Under the pieces are notes generated by a model. The model was not told the origin of the DNA and searched no databases. It saw only the letters and a program-made list of their open reading frames with translations. Shown here one piece after another: positions 29,946 to 45,883 of a stretch of 64,000 nucleotides of DNA (positions are counted from its first letter, which is position 1; every line of letters starts with the position of its first letter). The DNA lies in contig NW_024705135.1 of NCBI RefSeq assembly GCF_018977255.1, positions 1-64,000 of the forward strand, given 5' to 3'. The position numbers and the translations under genes are program-made. This DNA is from Callorhinchus milii (lineage: Eukaryota).

Positions 29946-29992
29946 GAAAGCTCCAGGTGCAATGTCGGAGAGACGCTGGGTGCGTTGCTTTC
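29946..29992 (-). promoter_or_regulatory. U1A polyadenylation inhibition element (PIE) in the SNRPA 3' UTR
   Basis: RNA sense reads GAAAGC-AACGCAC-CCAG-C-GUC-ucucc-GAC-AUUGCAC-CUGG-A-GCUUUC. This gives three stems and two 7-nt asymmetric loops, 16 nt upstream of AAUAAA, the architecture of the known vertebrate U1A PIE. Confidence 0.88.
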
Positions 29993-30897
29993 TGATCAGA
30001 TTTATCCCCGATATATAAAAACCAAACTCAACAAGTCAGCCATTCACATCAGACACAACTCAATCACTCAAAACACAAACAAACTCAAGCAAAAATACAG
30101 CCATGAGCTTTCACTGTTCCCCAAATCCAGTCAGACACGTGAATCCTCTGCTCCCAACTCATGGGTGTACTCGGGAGCCAGGGGACTGGGCAGGTGAGAC
30201 GATTCACCTCCCCTCCCCCTGGGGTAAGGAGTGGGGTTGAGAAAATATACCCTGAGGTCAAAAATTCCTCCTACTCTTAGCCTCAGAGTCAGTTTTAATA
30301 ATGATAATCCTTACATTAGGTACAGCATCTTATCAAGTTGTCGAGAAGGCTCAAAGCGCTTTACAGTGTAAAGTGGAGTGAGTGTGACCAAATTATTATT
30401 ATTATTGTGAAGGGATTATTACCCCCGGAAAGCGATCCCCCAATCGACTAACAAACGGGTTCCTACTGACTTGGTAAACAGAGGCGTCTGTGTGTGTGTG
30501 TGTGTGTGTGTGGAATAAGGAAACTTGCCTAAGGTTTCGCCCTGACCTGACCCGCTTGGGAGTCGAACCCAGGTCCTCTCGCTTGTTTGTATTCCTGAAG
30601 TCTAGAGCGAGTAACTTGATGACGGAATCCAAGGAGATGGTCACACACAGTGTGGGGGTTAGCAGTTCATCTGGTGGGGAGAGGGAGGTAGGCAACAGGG
30701 AGACACAAACTTGAACACAGGTCTCCTCACCTGACACTTACCTGGAGCGTCAGAACCTCGAGAGGCAACGAATGAACGAACGAACGAGCCATTGAATCGG
30801 GACTAAAACACACGGATTGGGTTGGGAGGAGGGGGTGTAGGAAGAGCCCACTCCAAACATTGCTGTGAACAAACCAGCGATCGGGCGAGAAGGGGCT

Positions 30898-34485
<3,588 letters not shown>

Positions 34486-34679
34486 CGTTTCCTGTCAGCG
34501 CCGACCCTGCAGAGCACAACACAGACCATCAGCATCACCACCAGCGGCCTGGCGCCAACTCCGGAGCCGAGGCCCGAGGGCCACCCGCGGTCATTCTCGG
34601 CTCGAACAATAAAAACAGCGCCGATGGATGGAAATATGGGGCCTCAACGATACCCGGGATCCCGCGCTACAATACCCAC

Positions 34680-35300
34680 CAGCCGGATTGGACCGATGGC
34701 GCCGGTGTCCCGAGGATGGCGACAGATTGTCCGCAGCCTTGAGTCGCGCTTCGTCTTGACAACCAGTCTTCCCGCCACCGGAAATAGCGCGACGCCACAA
34801 GCGCTTCTCGGCCGCCGATTGGCCAACCCCGTTGTCTGTCAAACCTAGTGGACCAAATCCACGCCCCCTCCACCCCTGCTCGTCAAGCCTTCGCTCCCGC
34901 CCTTCAGCGAAGCTGATTGGAGCAAAATCTGTGACCCAGACTTGATTGGTCCATTGCAATGCCAAGCAATCACAGTGCCGCCCCAGCCCCACAAGCAGGG
35001 AGTCTGATTGGCCACCCCTGCCGTCTGTCAAACCCACGACCAAATCAGCGTGCCCTCACGCCTGCTGGTCCCGCCTTTGCTCCCGCTCCTTAGCTTGCCT
35101 GATTGGCGCAATCCAACGCGACGGACCAGACATGATTGGTCCATTGCACTGTCAATCAATAGCCGCGAGTCCCCGCCCCTTAGTGAGCCTGATTGGTGCA
35201 AATGACGACGAAAGACCAGACCTGATTGGCCACTTTTAGTGTCAATCAATCAGCCCTCCCCCACCCACTCCTTTCCAGCCGAGGGGCGGGGTGGTGGGGG
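34680..35300. promoter_or_regulatory. SNRPA/ACTMAP bidirectional promoter with multiple CCAAT boxes, GC boxes and an ETS-like site
   Basis: CpG-rich interval between divergent genes. ATTGG at 34687, 34818, 34916, 34945, 35007, 35102, 35135, 35192 and 35225; CCGGAA near 34778; several CCGCCC/GGGGCGGGG. Confidence 0.75.
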
Positions 35301-36142
35301 GGGGAAGGTATTCCTGGTTGCACCCATACACAGCAACGCTGAGGGTCATATTCCGTTGTGTGTGCAGCAGCAAACAGCTTCCCCGCCCTCCAGGCATGTT
35401 TGTGATTAACGTTTTTTTTTGCTCTGGAATTGGATGGAATTAGTAATGTGCTTCTTCTCTTGGTTCAGTTACAAGCCACAAGGTGTTTGCTTCAAAGGGG
35501 GGAGTTTGGGCCACACCTGTCCGGCAGGGTTTACGCTGCGTCTGGGGGCGCTCTTAACTAATGATTACTAATTGATAATAATCCTGACATCTGTTATTGC
35601 GCCCGATCGCGTCGTCGAGACGTCTCAAATCGCTTGCTTCGTGGGCGATGCTGTGAGGCGTTGTGACCGTAAGTTTTGTGGGAGTAACGCGGCAGCCAAT
35701 TGCACACAGCAGTGGTCCCACAAACGCCGGATTGAGTGACCACATTTTTGGGAGGGGGTGGATTATTACCCCCGGAAAGCGATCCGCCAATCGACCAACA
35801 ACAGCTCGTGTGCACGTTAACGTTTGCCATCCGGTCTCTGTGTATACGGTGATGGGTTTCCACACGTCAAGACGTCCTGCCGACCAAATAGAAAGTACAC
35901 CGTCACTACACCAATTCCCTTCTAACCATTTTGAGACATCAAAGGTGCTCTAACAAATGTAAGGATTATTAATGAGTTGGAACTAAATGGAGCCATAATT
36001 CATTCTTTTTTTTATTTTTGCTCACAGGAATGACAAACAGGAGTTGACTGAGTCAGAGAAACACAAGACAGATTGTATCTTAAGAGCCAGTGGAACAGAG
36101 GATAGAGTCGTGATTGGGTTAACCATTAAATAAATCCCTAAA

Positions 36143-39100
36143 ATGTCAGAGGTCCTTGATGAAGGTTCCGGGGAGCCGAAGGTTGGTTGCTCCAAACTGG
36201 CTCAATGTTCGTCCCTTCTAGTCACGTCTCTGATCCCACCACCCCCTCCACCATTGCCCTCATCTCCCTCTGTGCATCCAAAGAAGAAGTTGTACCAGGC
36301 TCTGGCTCAAGGTCGAGAGGCTGTGGTTGGAGACAGAGAAGAGGTGAAGATGATCCTCCAGAACAGACAAATCAGGTATAGTCTTACCCCGGGTCTAGGT
36401 CTCATGTTCCATCTCGTCTGGCCTTTGGGATAATAGTCTCGGCTGATGCTCCAGCGCAGTGCTGAGGGGTGAGGACACTGCATTGTCTCGTAGCTCGGAG
36501 TGCTGTAGCGTAGAGGTCAGCACACTCGCCTCGCAAAGTTCAATTCCCGGGCGGGTCAGGGCAAAGCTTTAGGCAAGTTTCCTTACTCCGCACGTCTGTT
36601 TACCTAGCAGTAAGTAGTAACTCGCTTATTAATCGATTGGTGGATCGCTTTCTGGGGGTAATAATCCCTCCAAAATCCACTTTTTGTGATATACTCCTGT
36701 GCTCATTTGGCTGCCGTGTTTCACCCACAACATACAGTATATTCTGTAAAGCGCTAATAGACATCTCAACGACGTGATAAGGGAATGTTTGAAATGCAAG
36801 GATTATCATTTTATTATTATTAGAATCACAAGCCTCTGACGTCCTCCTTTTCTCTCTCAGTAGCAGAAAAGGATTGAAATGGCTGCTCATCAACAAGTTC
36901 ATCCCCTCCTTGATCCAAGATGGCCCTCAGTGAGTATCAGAATTGTGCAGCTTCTGAAAATAGTCTCCTAGGCCGAGAGTAGGTGGAATTTCAGGGCTCA
37001 GGTTGCAAGAAGGAAGTGAGTGGAAGGTAACAACAGCAGCAACGCATTATTTACACATCACCTTTCACATCGGGAGGACGTCCCAAGGCGCTGGATAGTC
37101 ACAGATTTGAACCCGAGCTGGGGGTTGGGATCAGGAGGGAGTGGGGGTAGTAGGGTGACTGAAGGTGTGGTTGGTCGAAGAGGAACGATAACAACATTAC
37201 ATTTGTATAGTACCTTTCACATCGGGAGGACATCCCAAAGTGCTGAAAGGAAGGTCTTGAGACGGGCCTTGAAGGAGGCAAGGGAGGGAGCGAGGCGAGG
37301 GACTGTGGGATGGAATTCCAAAGGGTGGATGCAGAGAGGCTGAAGGCTCGATGGTGGGGTGGGTCGGGCAGGGGACATGGAACAGGCTTAGACCTCTGGG
37401 TGTGTGTTGTCAGGTGTGGGTTGGTGGCACTGAGGATGGCTGGACACTTGCTGGACCCCCACAGAGCTGTGAGTCTGGACGAGATGGTCAGTCTGGCTGT
37501 GGCCAGAGGCTACACTGTTCAAGGCGAGATGTTCTCAGGTAAATCTCAACAACAACTTGCATTTACACAGCGCATTTCACACGGGGTAGCGTCCCGAAGT
37601 GCTTAACAGTGGTGGAGTCTGACCCCAAGGCAGCGGGAGACAGAGCGGGGCGATGACCATAAGCACGATCAAAAAGCACGGTCTCTCCTGCTTCACACAC
37701 ACACACACACATGCGTCCAGCTACTCTCCATTCTGCCATTCTATAAGATCATGGCTGATCTGTACTTCAACTCTAATCACCCACCTTTGCCCCATATCCC
37801 TTGATACCCTGACCTGTCCATTCAATCTGGACAACATGAATAGTTCCAGACATAATCCACAGCCCTCTGGGGAAGCGAGGGAGAGTTCCAGATTCCACTA
37901 ACCTTTTGTGTGTGTGTATGTGTGAAAAACTGCCTCCTGTTTTCACTCCTAATTGGCCTTGCTCCAATTTTAAGATGATTTCAAGAGAAGAGTTACAGAG
38001 AGAGTTTCTCTGTATCTAACCCTATTGAATCTTTATCATATGATGTGTTTGTTCCTCTGCAGCTATTGACATGAAGAGCCTCGCTGAGGAGCTGTATCCA
38101 TGCCAGGGACACCTCCTCACTGAAGGCTTAGCGGGCAGCAACAGAACCATCATCATCAACCACCTAGTGAACGGCTATCCCGTATTGCTACCGTATCCTT
38201 GTCACGTAGAAACAGGAGGATGCCATTCAGTCCCTTGAGCCTATTCCTGTTGTTGTTCTGTTGTGTCTCTCTCCCTGTGTAATACACGTAGTCCAGTGAC
38301 TCCTTAACTGGAGGCAGATATGACGAGGATTTCAATCATGAACCTTGCCAGCGAGGTGGACACAGAGCTCACTGGGCAGCGGTTTCAGGTGGGACCTCAT
38401 TGCCTTTCCCTGGGAAACTCCATCCTACAGACCCTCCTTCTCGCTCTCCCCCCCCCCCTCCCCCCCACTTCCTTCAAGACCCTCTCTTCAACCAACCGTG
38501 ACTCATGTCACTCTCCCTGTTCTCTACCCCTCCTGATTCCAAACCCCGCTTGGGCTCAAATTCCTGACTATCCAGCGCCTTGGGACGTCCTCCCTATGTG
38601 AAAGACGCTGTGTAAATATCATTTGTTGTTGTTTTGTGTAGAGATTGTCCCGTGGAGATTTTTTTTTTGCCCCACCGGGTGTCTGAAACTCGCGGAAATC
38701 CATCACCATGCCTAAGAGTCAACAGAGAATTCCCCACATCCCACTTACACGTAGAAATTCCAGAGATAGATTGTCGGAATGGAATACGCTCTCTCACTTT
38801 CTGTCTCTCTCTCTCTCTCTCTCCCTGGAGGGACACCTCCTGCTTACCTAATTCTGGAGAGTATCAGGCGCAGGCTGGCGGGAGCCAAGACTTGTGGGGA
38901 GCCCGGAGTGTGCACTGGGGTAACTGCTGGAGTCTAACTAGCTAAACCCACAAACCATTGACCAAGTTGCTGCTGTTGTTGTCTAGGGGTGCTGCTGGGG
39001 ATGGAGAGAGAACTCAGTAAGAGCGGTTACAAGGAGGATGTTGATGTCCCCGGCCTTTTCCACCCGGACACGATCTCCGTAGAAGCTGGTTACCCCGGGG

Positions 39101-39333
39101 ACTCGGTGATCGAGACCCATCTGCTGGCAAAGCAGGGCAAGAGTCTGAGGTACCAGATGTGGGAGTATCAGAGGGTTCTCGAGAGCAACGCTCAGCTGAG
39201 GGAGTTTGACCCCAAACGAGCGACTGATGGAACTGCCTATGTGGTGCCCAAGGGTGGGGTGCAATCGGGACTGTGTGGGAATGTCCTGCTCCTGGTGCCG
39301 CTGTCCCTCCCTCACCCCCCACTCAGGACTTGA
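36143..39333 (+). CDS. ACTMAP: Actin maturation protease (C19orf54 / UPF0692)
   Basis: Exons 36143-36375, 36861-36929 (WLLINKFIPSLIQDGPQ), 37414-37538 (CGLVAL..GYTVQGEMFS, carrying the catalytic-type Cys), 38063-38192, 38318-38388 (PYDEDFNHEPCQRGGHRAHWA), 38987-39333 (KQGKSLRY..ESNAQLREF..GGVQSGLCG). Divergent from SNRPA. Confidence 0.9.
38193..38317 (+). other. U12-type GT-AG intron in ACTMAP
   Basis: 5' splice site GTATCCTTG; branch site TCCTTAAC at 38301-38308, just before the terminal CAG. Confidence 0.9.
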
Positions 39334-40163
39334 GCTCATAATCCAGGCTAACGCGCCAACACAACATGAGAACTGCTAGACGGAAGAATGTGTCAGATGT
39401 CTTGTCAGATGCCTGGTTGACCTCCCAAAAAACAAACACGGGAGCTCTCCCAATTTGCCTCAAAGCTTGTCGGTACTCAGATTTCTCCCACAAAACACAG
39501 ACACTACACTTTATAGTGTATCCTGTGAAGCGCTTTGAGAAGTCTTGACGACGTGATAAGGCGCTGTATAAAATACAAGTATTATTATTTGTAACGATTA
39601 AAGAACATTAAGAATTTTATGGACGAAAAAAGGCCAAGATCCATCCAGTTCGCCTTCCAGCATCCCGGCAGTCGCTTGCTTGCACATGTCGTGTCCCAAA
39701 CTACATACTGTATCCCTAGATATTATTTTCAAACAGAAATCTATCTTGTTTGCCTTTGAAAGAATCAACTCTTTCTGCTTCCACCGTCTATCTGTCTCCC
39801 TTGGGAGTCTGTTCCATGCATTTATGACTCGTTCACTGAAGTATATTTGTACGTGTGTGTCTGGAGTAAGGAAACTTGCCTAAGGTTCAGCTCTGACCCA
39901 TCGGGGAATCGAACCCAGGTCCTCTAGCTTGCGAGGTGAGTGCTCTAACCACCACACTACAGGACTAATACCAATACATCAATGGTCTCGCGACTCAGAC
40001 CATGAAGAATTCGAGGGGCAATGACAAAAATCCCCTTGGATGAAGAAGACCACCGCTCACCGTGCGGTCAGGCAGACAGCAAAACCCTTCACCACACACA
40101 TTGGGTGCGTATGTCTTCCGCCCATGCTTTTTAAGCATATCAAAAGCGTAACGCTTTTCACGT

Positions 40164-40169
40164 TTTATT
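40164..40169 (-). terminator. Probable YIF1B polyadenylation signal AATAAA
   Basis: TTTATT on + strand, ~200 nt after the YIF1B stop. Confidence 0.65.
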
Positions 40170-40367
40170 TGACCAACACGGTTTATAAATAGATATCAAA
40201 AAAAACATTGGAGCACAGTATATTAAACAAGTGAGCGCAGCAGCTCGCTCATCACCCTCTTTCTGCTTGAAACGTCAGCACACAGCACAGACCGTAGCCT
40301 GTGGCTAACTTGCGGTTTAGAAGCATATGGAGGCAGTGTGGAGAGTGCAGTCGGGGTCTCCCTGCGG

Positions 40368-43300
40368 CTATCTGATCAAGTGGTACGTGAGCCAGTACAT
40401 GAAGAGAGGCTGTATGGCCGCGATTGCCATGGTCAGGTACATGCGGAGTTGGTTCCTGGCACCTCGTACCAGCACCCCTTCAGCTGCCGCTTCCGACAGG
40501 ATCTTCAGCCTCAACGTTCGGATCTGAAGGGACATTTCCCCATCAATCAATCAATATTAATGCCTCAGAACAACAACTTGCATTTACACAGCGCCCTTTA
40601 TGCTAGGATAGCGTCCCACAACGCTTGACAGTAGCAGAGCACGATGCCGATCCGGGGGAGGGAGGGTGCAGGTGACTGTTGGCATGATCAAAGAGGAAGG
40701 TCTTCAGGCCTGAAGATGGGGAAGGAGGGAGGGGGCAAAGCGGAGGGATTGGGGGAAGAGAGTGACAGTAGTTTTGTGGCCTGGAGGCTGAAAGAACAGC
40801 CACCGATGGTGGAGAGGAGGGCACAAGGGACAAGCAGGAAGCCGATAGAGTGGGGGCAACGGGTGGTGGACTGGGGGAGAGACGTCAGTTTTGTTCAAAG
40901 AGTAAACGCACCATGAACACGACTATTGAGATGCAGCACCAGCCCAAAGCCACACAATATCCTGTTTTTCCAAATATCAGCCCGGCCACCACGCCCATGA
41001 TCATCCTGTGGGCGAGAAATCAGATAATAATAATCCTTGCATTTGATATAACGCCTTATCACGTCATTGAGACTCTCAAAGCGCTTCACAAAATATACTT
41101 GCTCCTTCTTACTTCTGTGACCTGCTAGCTCCATGTCGACCCGTCTATTCCCTCTACTCAGGGGCTCCGGCCTGCTCCACTTTCCTCTGCCCGGCCCACA
41201 CCACCACTGGTGGTCAGACCTTCAGCCTCTCTGCCACCACCCTTTGGAACTCCATCCCACAGTCCCTTCGCCTCTTTCAAGGCCCATCTCAAGACCCTCC
41301 TCCACGCCTTTGACCACCCTCCTACCCCCACCCTCCACCCATCCTGATCCTTGTACCATAAAGTGTAGTGACTGTGTATTTTGTGGATGAAACTATGTAA
41401 CAAATTACACTCATGTAGCACCCTTCACGTTGAAAAGATGTCCCAGGGTCATAGAGAGTCGGGGGTTTTGGGAGTTGAGCTGGGAGTTGGTTAGAGGATA
41501 CGCTGCACCCGTACCTACCCGACGTATTTGTAACCGGCAAACGCCACCAGGTCGATGGTGGTCAGATCGGTGTTGACGGTGACGAGGTAGAGGCTGAGCA
41601 GGACGGCCAACACCTCCATCACCAGCCAGACCAGGGCCGAGCTCGCCTGGATCCCCAGCACCTCCGGGGAGAACCTGGGGGGAGAAAAGAAATGGACATT
41701 GTGGAGTCCTACAGCAAAGTGGTTAGACCTCTCGCCTCCCAAAGCCAGAGGAACCGGGTTCGATTCCCGGGGAGGTCAGGTCAGGGCGAAACCTTAGGCA
41801 AGTTTCCTTATTACACACACACACACACTCTGTTTACCAGCAGTCAGTAGGGACACGTGTGTTAGTCGATTGCGGATCGCTTTCCGGGGTGGTAATCCTT
41901 TCAAAATAACAATAATAATGTCACTCAATCCACAACTGTGGGACTCTGCTGTGCAAAATTGGCTACTGCTTTTCACCCACAAAATATAAAATACTACACC
42001 TTACAGTATATTCTGTGAAGTGTTTTGAGGCGTCTTCACTTTTTTTTAAAAAAAGGCACGCTAACCACTGCGCTCCAGGACTGCAGTTATAATAAAAATA
42101 AATAATAACCCTTGCATTTGATATAGCGCTTTTCACGTCTTCTCGACATCTCAAAGCGCTTCACAGAATAGACTGTAAAGTGAATTGATGTATATTTGTG
42201 GGAGAAAAGCGGCGGCCAATTGCGCACAGCAGCGTCCCACAAACAGTCGTGGGTTGAAGTGACCAAATTATTATTATTAGTTTTTTTTCTTGAAGGATTA
42301 TTATCAGCACTTGGAGTGAAGAAACTTGCCCAAGGTTTTGCCCTGTCGGGAATCGAACCCAGGTCTCTTCACTTGCAAGGCGAGTGCTCTAACCACTGAG
42401 CTACAGGACTCCACGACTCCAGTTAATGGGGAAGGAACTAGGCCCACATTCCTGCCATCAGACGCTTTGCAGGGAGAATCTCACCTGCTCTGCGTCCCGA
42501 GGGCAAGGCCGGCGACCAATAAATATGTGATGAACGCCATCGCTGGAAGAGACGAGAGAAGGAAACAGAGAGAAGAGTCACAAGAAATGAACCCTGAGAC
42601 TTAGCAGTCATATTGCACAACCAGTGACGTCACCACGAAGGCATAAAGAAACGTCGTGTAGGGACTGAAAATATACTGGTACATTTTACAGGCAGTGCAC
42701 AACTTCAGGCTGTACTTATTATTGACAGCCAATTCACTTTACAGTATATTCTGTGAAGCGCTTTGAGACATCTAGAAGACATGAAAAGTGCTATTTCAAA
42801 TGCAAGGATTATTATTATCTCGAAGACATGATAAGGCGCTGTATTAAATGCAAGGATTATTATTATCATATACAAGCAACCGTGTTGGGCTAGTCTCGCC
42901 TCAGACGGTTATGGGTTGAACACCCCACGGCTTAAGATCGCAGTCTAAACCAACACCAAATGGTGTGATATCAAATGGGTAAAGTGGACGGGTAAAAAAA
43001 AATTGGTCACTCAATCCACGACTGTTTGTGAGACTGCTGTGAGCAATTGGCTGCCGCGTTTCGCCCACAAAATATACAGTCACTACACTTTACACTGTAT
43101 CCTGTGACATCTCGAAGGCGTGACAGGGTGCTATATCAAATGCAAGGAATATTATTTACCTGGAATATATAGATCTGGGGCGTTGACTTCAACTCGCGGG
43201 GCCACAGGGGTGTCTTGTTGATACCGTACCTCCCAGTTCTGGCAGCAACGAGATTAATGAATAGGTCAGTCTCTGCGCTGTCAGGCTCAGCCACAAGCAA

Positions 43301-45364
43301 CAACAAAAATAACATGACAGTTACACACACAGTACCTTTCATATCAGGAGGAGGATGTCCCAAAGTGTTGGACAGTCAGGGATTTGGACCCGAGCTGGGC
43401 TGGGGGTTGGGATTGGCTGGATCAGGAGGGGTGGAGGGCAGGGAGGGTGGGAGTTAATTGCAGGGAAAGCAATTAACTTTCTAATTAGGCACCAGAATTC
43501 CACCGGTGACCAGCTTAAGAGCTTGCAGGATAGTGGAGACTGGTTCCGAGGGAGTGTACTTTACACTGCACTGCTGCAGGCTAACCTAAAACTGGGGCAG
43601 CTTTACTCTTGGATTCTACAGCGCTGAGATGACGTGAGGATTCTTATACCCCAATCGCTGGCCATTGATCCCAGAGGTGGAATTGGTCGTTCCATCCGTG
43701 GTGGTTTGTGGGATGTTGCTTTGCACGCAAATTGGCTGCTCTTATGGTCACCAGACCTACAGACCAGAGAGAGAGAGATCTGCTGCTCAGGTAAACTCAC
43801 TTAATAATATTAATCCTTGTATTTGATACCGCGCCTTATCACGTCGTCAAGACGACTCAAAGCGCTTCACATGATGCAATGTAAACTGCAGTGCTGTGTG
43901 AAACGCCAATTGCTCACAGCAGTGTCCTACAAACAGTCGTGGATTGAGTGACCACATTTTTTTGTTTATAGGGATTATCACCCCGGAAAGGAATCCGCCA
44001 AGGGTGTTCCTATTTAGTGCTAGGTAAACAGAGGCGTGTGGAATAAGGAAACGGGGGAAATGGAGGGAAAGGAATCAATTGTGAAGGGCTTTATGAGTGG
44101 TAGTGTTATTCCTGAATTCCTTACCTGATGCATATAAGGAAACAAGAGGAGTCCCAGTTTCTTACCAACGTACACCGTATCCACAGCAAAATAATACTTC
44201 AGTCTGCTCACAGGAATAATGCGATCAATCTGTGGGAGTCAGGGAGGAGTAAAGTTATTCTAACCCCTTCAGTAATAATAATAATCCTTGCCTTTGATAT
44301 AGCGCCTTATCACGTCTTCAAATGCAAGGATTATTATCAGTGTCACCACCAGGATTTCCTGCAGTGCCTCTGGGTGAGACGTGTCTAACTCGCGACACCG
44401 GCTTTGCAGATCACACTTACGTTTTTATCCACAATGTCCTTCCCCTGATTAGCCAGGCTGGTGCCGTAGACCATGGCCAGGTTAGACATGGTGGGGTCAC
44501 TGAGGAAGCCTTGGCCAGGAACACTGAAGCTGGCCGGTGAAGGGGCTGCGCCCCCACTGGTGTCTTCGAAGAGATGGTTGGGGTCTCCCATGGTCTGTGT
44601 CGGGATCCTGGTTCTCAACTTGGCAGCTGGAATTCAGATTAAAAAGTGAGCCAGCGACTGCGACACGTAGTGTAGGGGTCAGAGCCCTCGCCCCGCGAGC
44701 CGGAGGACCCGAGTTCACTTCCCGGGCGGGTCAGTTCAGGCGAAACCTTCGGCAAGTTTCCTTACCCCCCCTTACCCCCACACACACACAGTCAGAAACA
44801 GACAGACAGACAGACACACACACACAGACAGACACAGACAGACAGACACACACACACAGACACACACAGACACACACACACAGACAGGCACACACACGCC
44901 TGTGTTTACCAGCAGTCAGTAGGAACCCGGTCGTTAGTCGATTCGGGGATCACTTTCCGGTGGGTAATAATAAACCCTCCAATAAATGATGATAATAATA
45001 ATAATAATAAAATGGTCACTCAACCCCCGGCTGTTTGTGGGGACGTCGCTGGGGCACAATCGGCTGCCGCGCTTCACCCACAAGACACACAGTCACTACA
45101 CTTTGCAGCGGCGTGTCCCGTGAAGCGCTTTGAGACGACGCGATCAGGCGCCGGGTCCGACCCCGGGGATTGTTAGTGTTATAATCACACGGTGACTCAG
45201 AGCCAGAGAGACAGTGCGGGCGCGCTGTGTGGGGCGGGGGGCGCTGTAAAGTGGGGCGCGCTATAAGAGGGTGGGGGGGTGCGCTGTAAAGTGGGGGTGC
45301 GCTATAAGAGGGTGGGGGTGCGCTGTAGTGGGGGTGCGCTATAAGAGGGTGGGGGGGGGGGGGT

Positions 45365-45396
<32 letters not shown>

Positions 45397-45883
45397 CGCT
45401 GTAAAGTGGGGCGTGCTATAAGGGGGGGGTGCGCTGTAAAGTGGGGGCGCGCTATAAGAGGTGGGGGGTGCGCTGTAAAGTGGGGCGCGCTATAAGTGGG
45501 GGGTGCGCTGTAAAGTGGGGGTGCGCTATAAGAGGGTGGGGGGGTGCGCTGTAAAGTGGGGGTGCGCTATACGGGGGTGTGCTATACGTGGGGTGTGGGG
45601 GATGCTATGGGGGGGATCGCTATATGGGTGTGGTGGGGGGGGTGCGCGTTGTAAAGGGGGATCACTATAAGGGGGGGCGCTGTAAGCGGGGATTGTTGTT
45701 ATAAGGGGAGGGGGGACGGGTCGCGCTGTAACGGGGGTCGGTGACGTCAGTCAAGGAGGGGGCGCGGGAGGGCGCGGCTTCTTATTGGCTGTAAATCAAC
45801 AACAGAAGAGGGAGAGGAGAGGGAAATGGCCACGTACGTGACTTACGGTGTCTGAAGGCGGAGGAGGGGTCGCTGTAGTCCAT
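40368..45883 (-). CDS. YIF1B: Yip1-interacting factor homolog B (ER-Golgi membrane trafficking protein)
   Basis: Exons 45847-45883, 44421-44626 ([12 protein letters not shown]), 44125-44229 ([16 protein letters not shown]), 43160-43238 (NAPDLYIP), 42485-42542, 41519-41674 ([15 protein letters not shown]), 40912-41005, 40368-40523 ([26 protein letters not shown]). Motifs and synteny fit YIF1B rather than YIF1A. Confidence 0.92.
45220..45735. repeat. G-rich ~40-bp minisatellite with a poly-G tract in YIF1B intron 1
   Basis: (GCGCTGTAAAGTGGGGGTGCGCTATAAGAGGGTGGGGGGT)n. Confidence 0.9.

Noticed and set aside
35143-35149. ATTGCAC (U1A box) in the SNRPA/ACTMAP promoter
   Set aside because: Part of the CCAAT repeat unit, outside the SNRPA transcript sense, and with no stem context.
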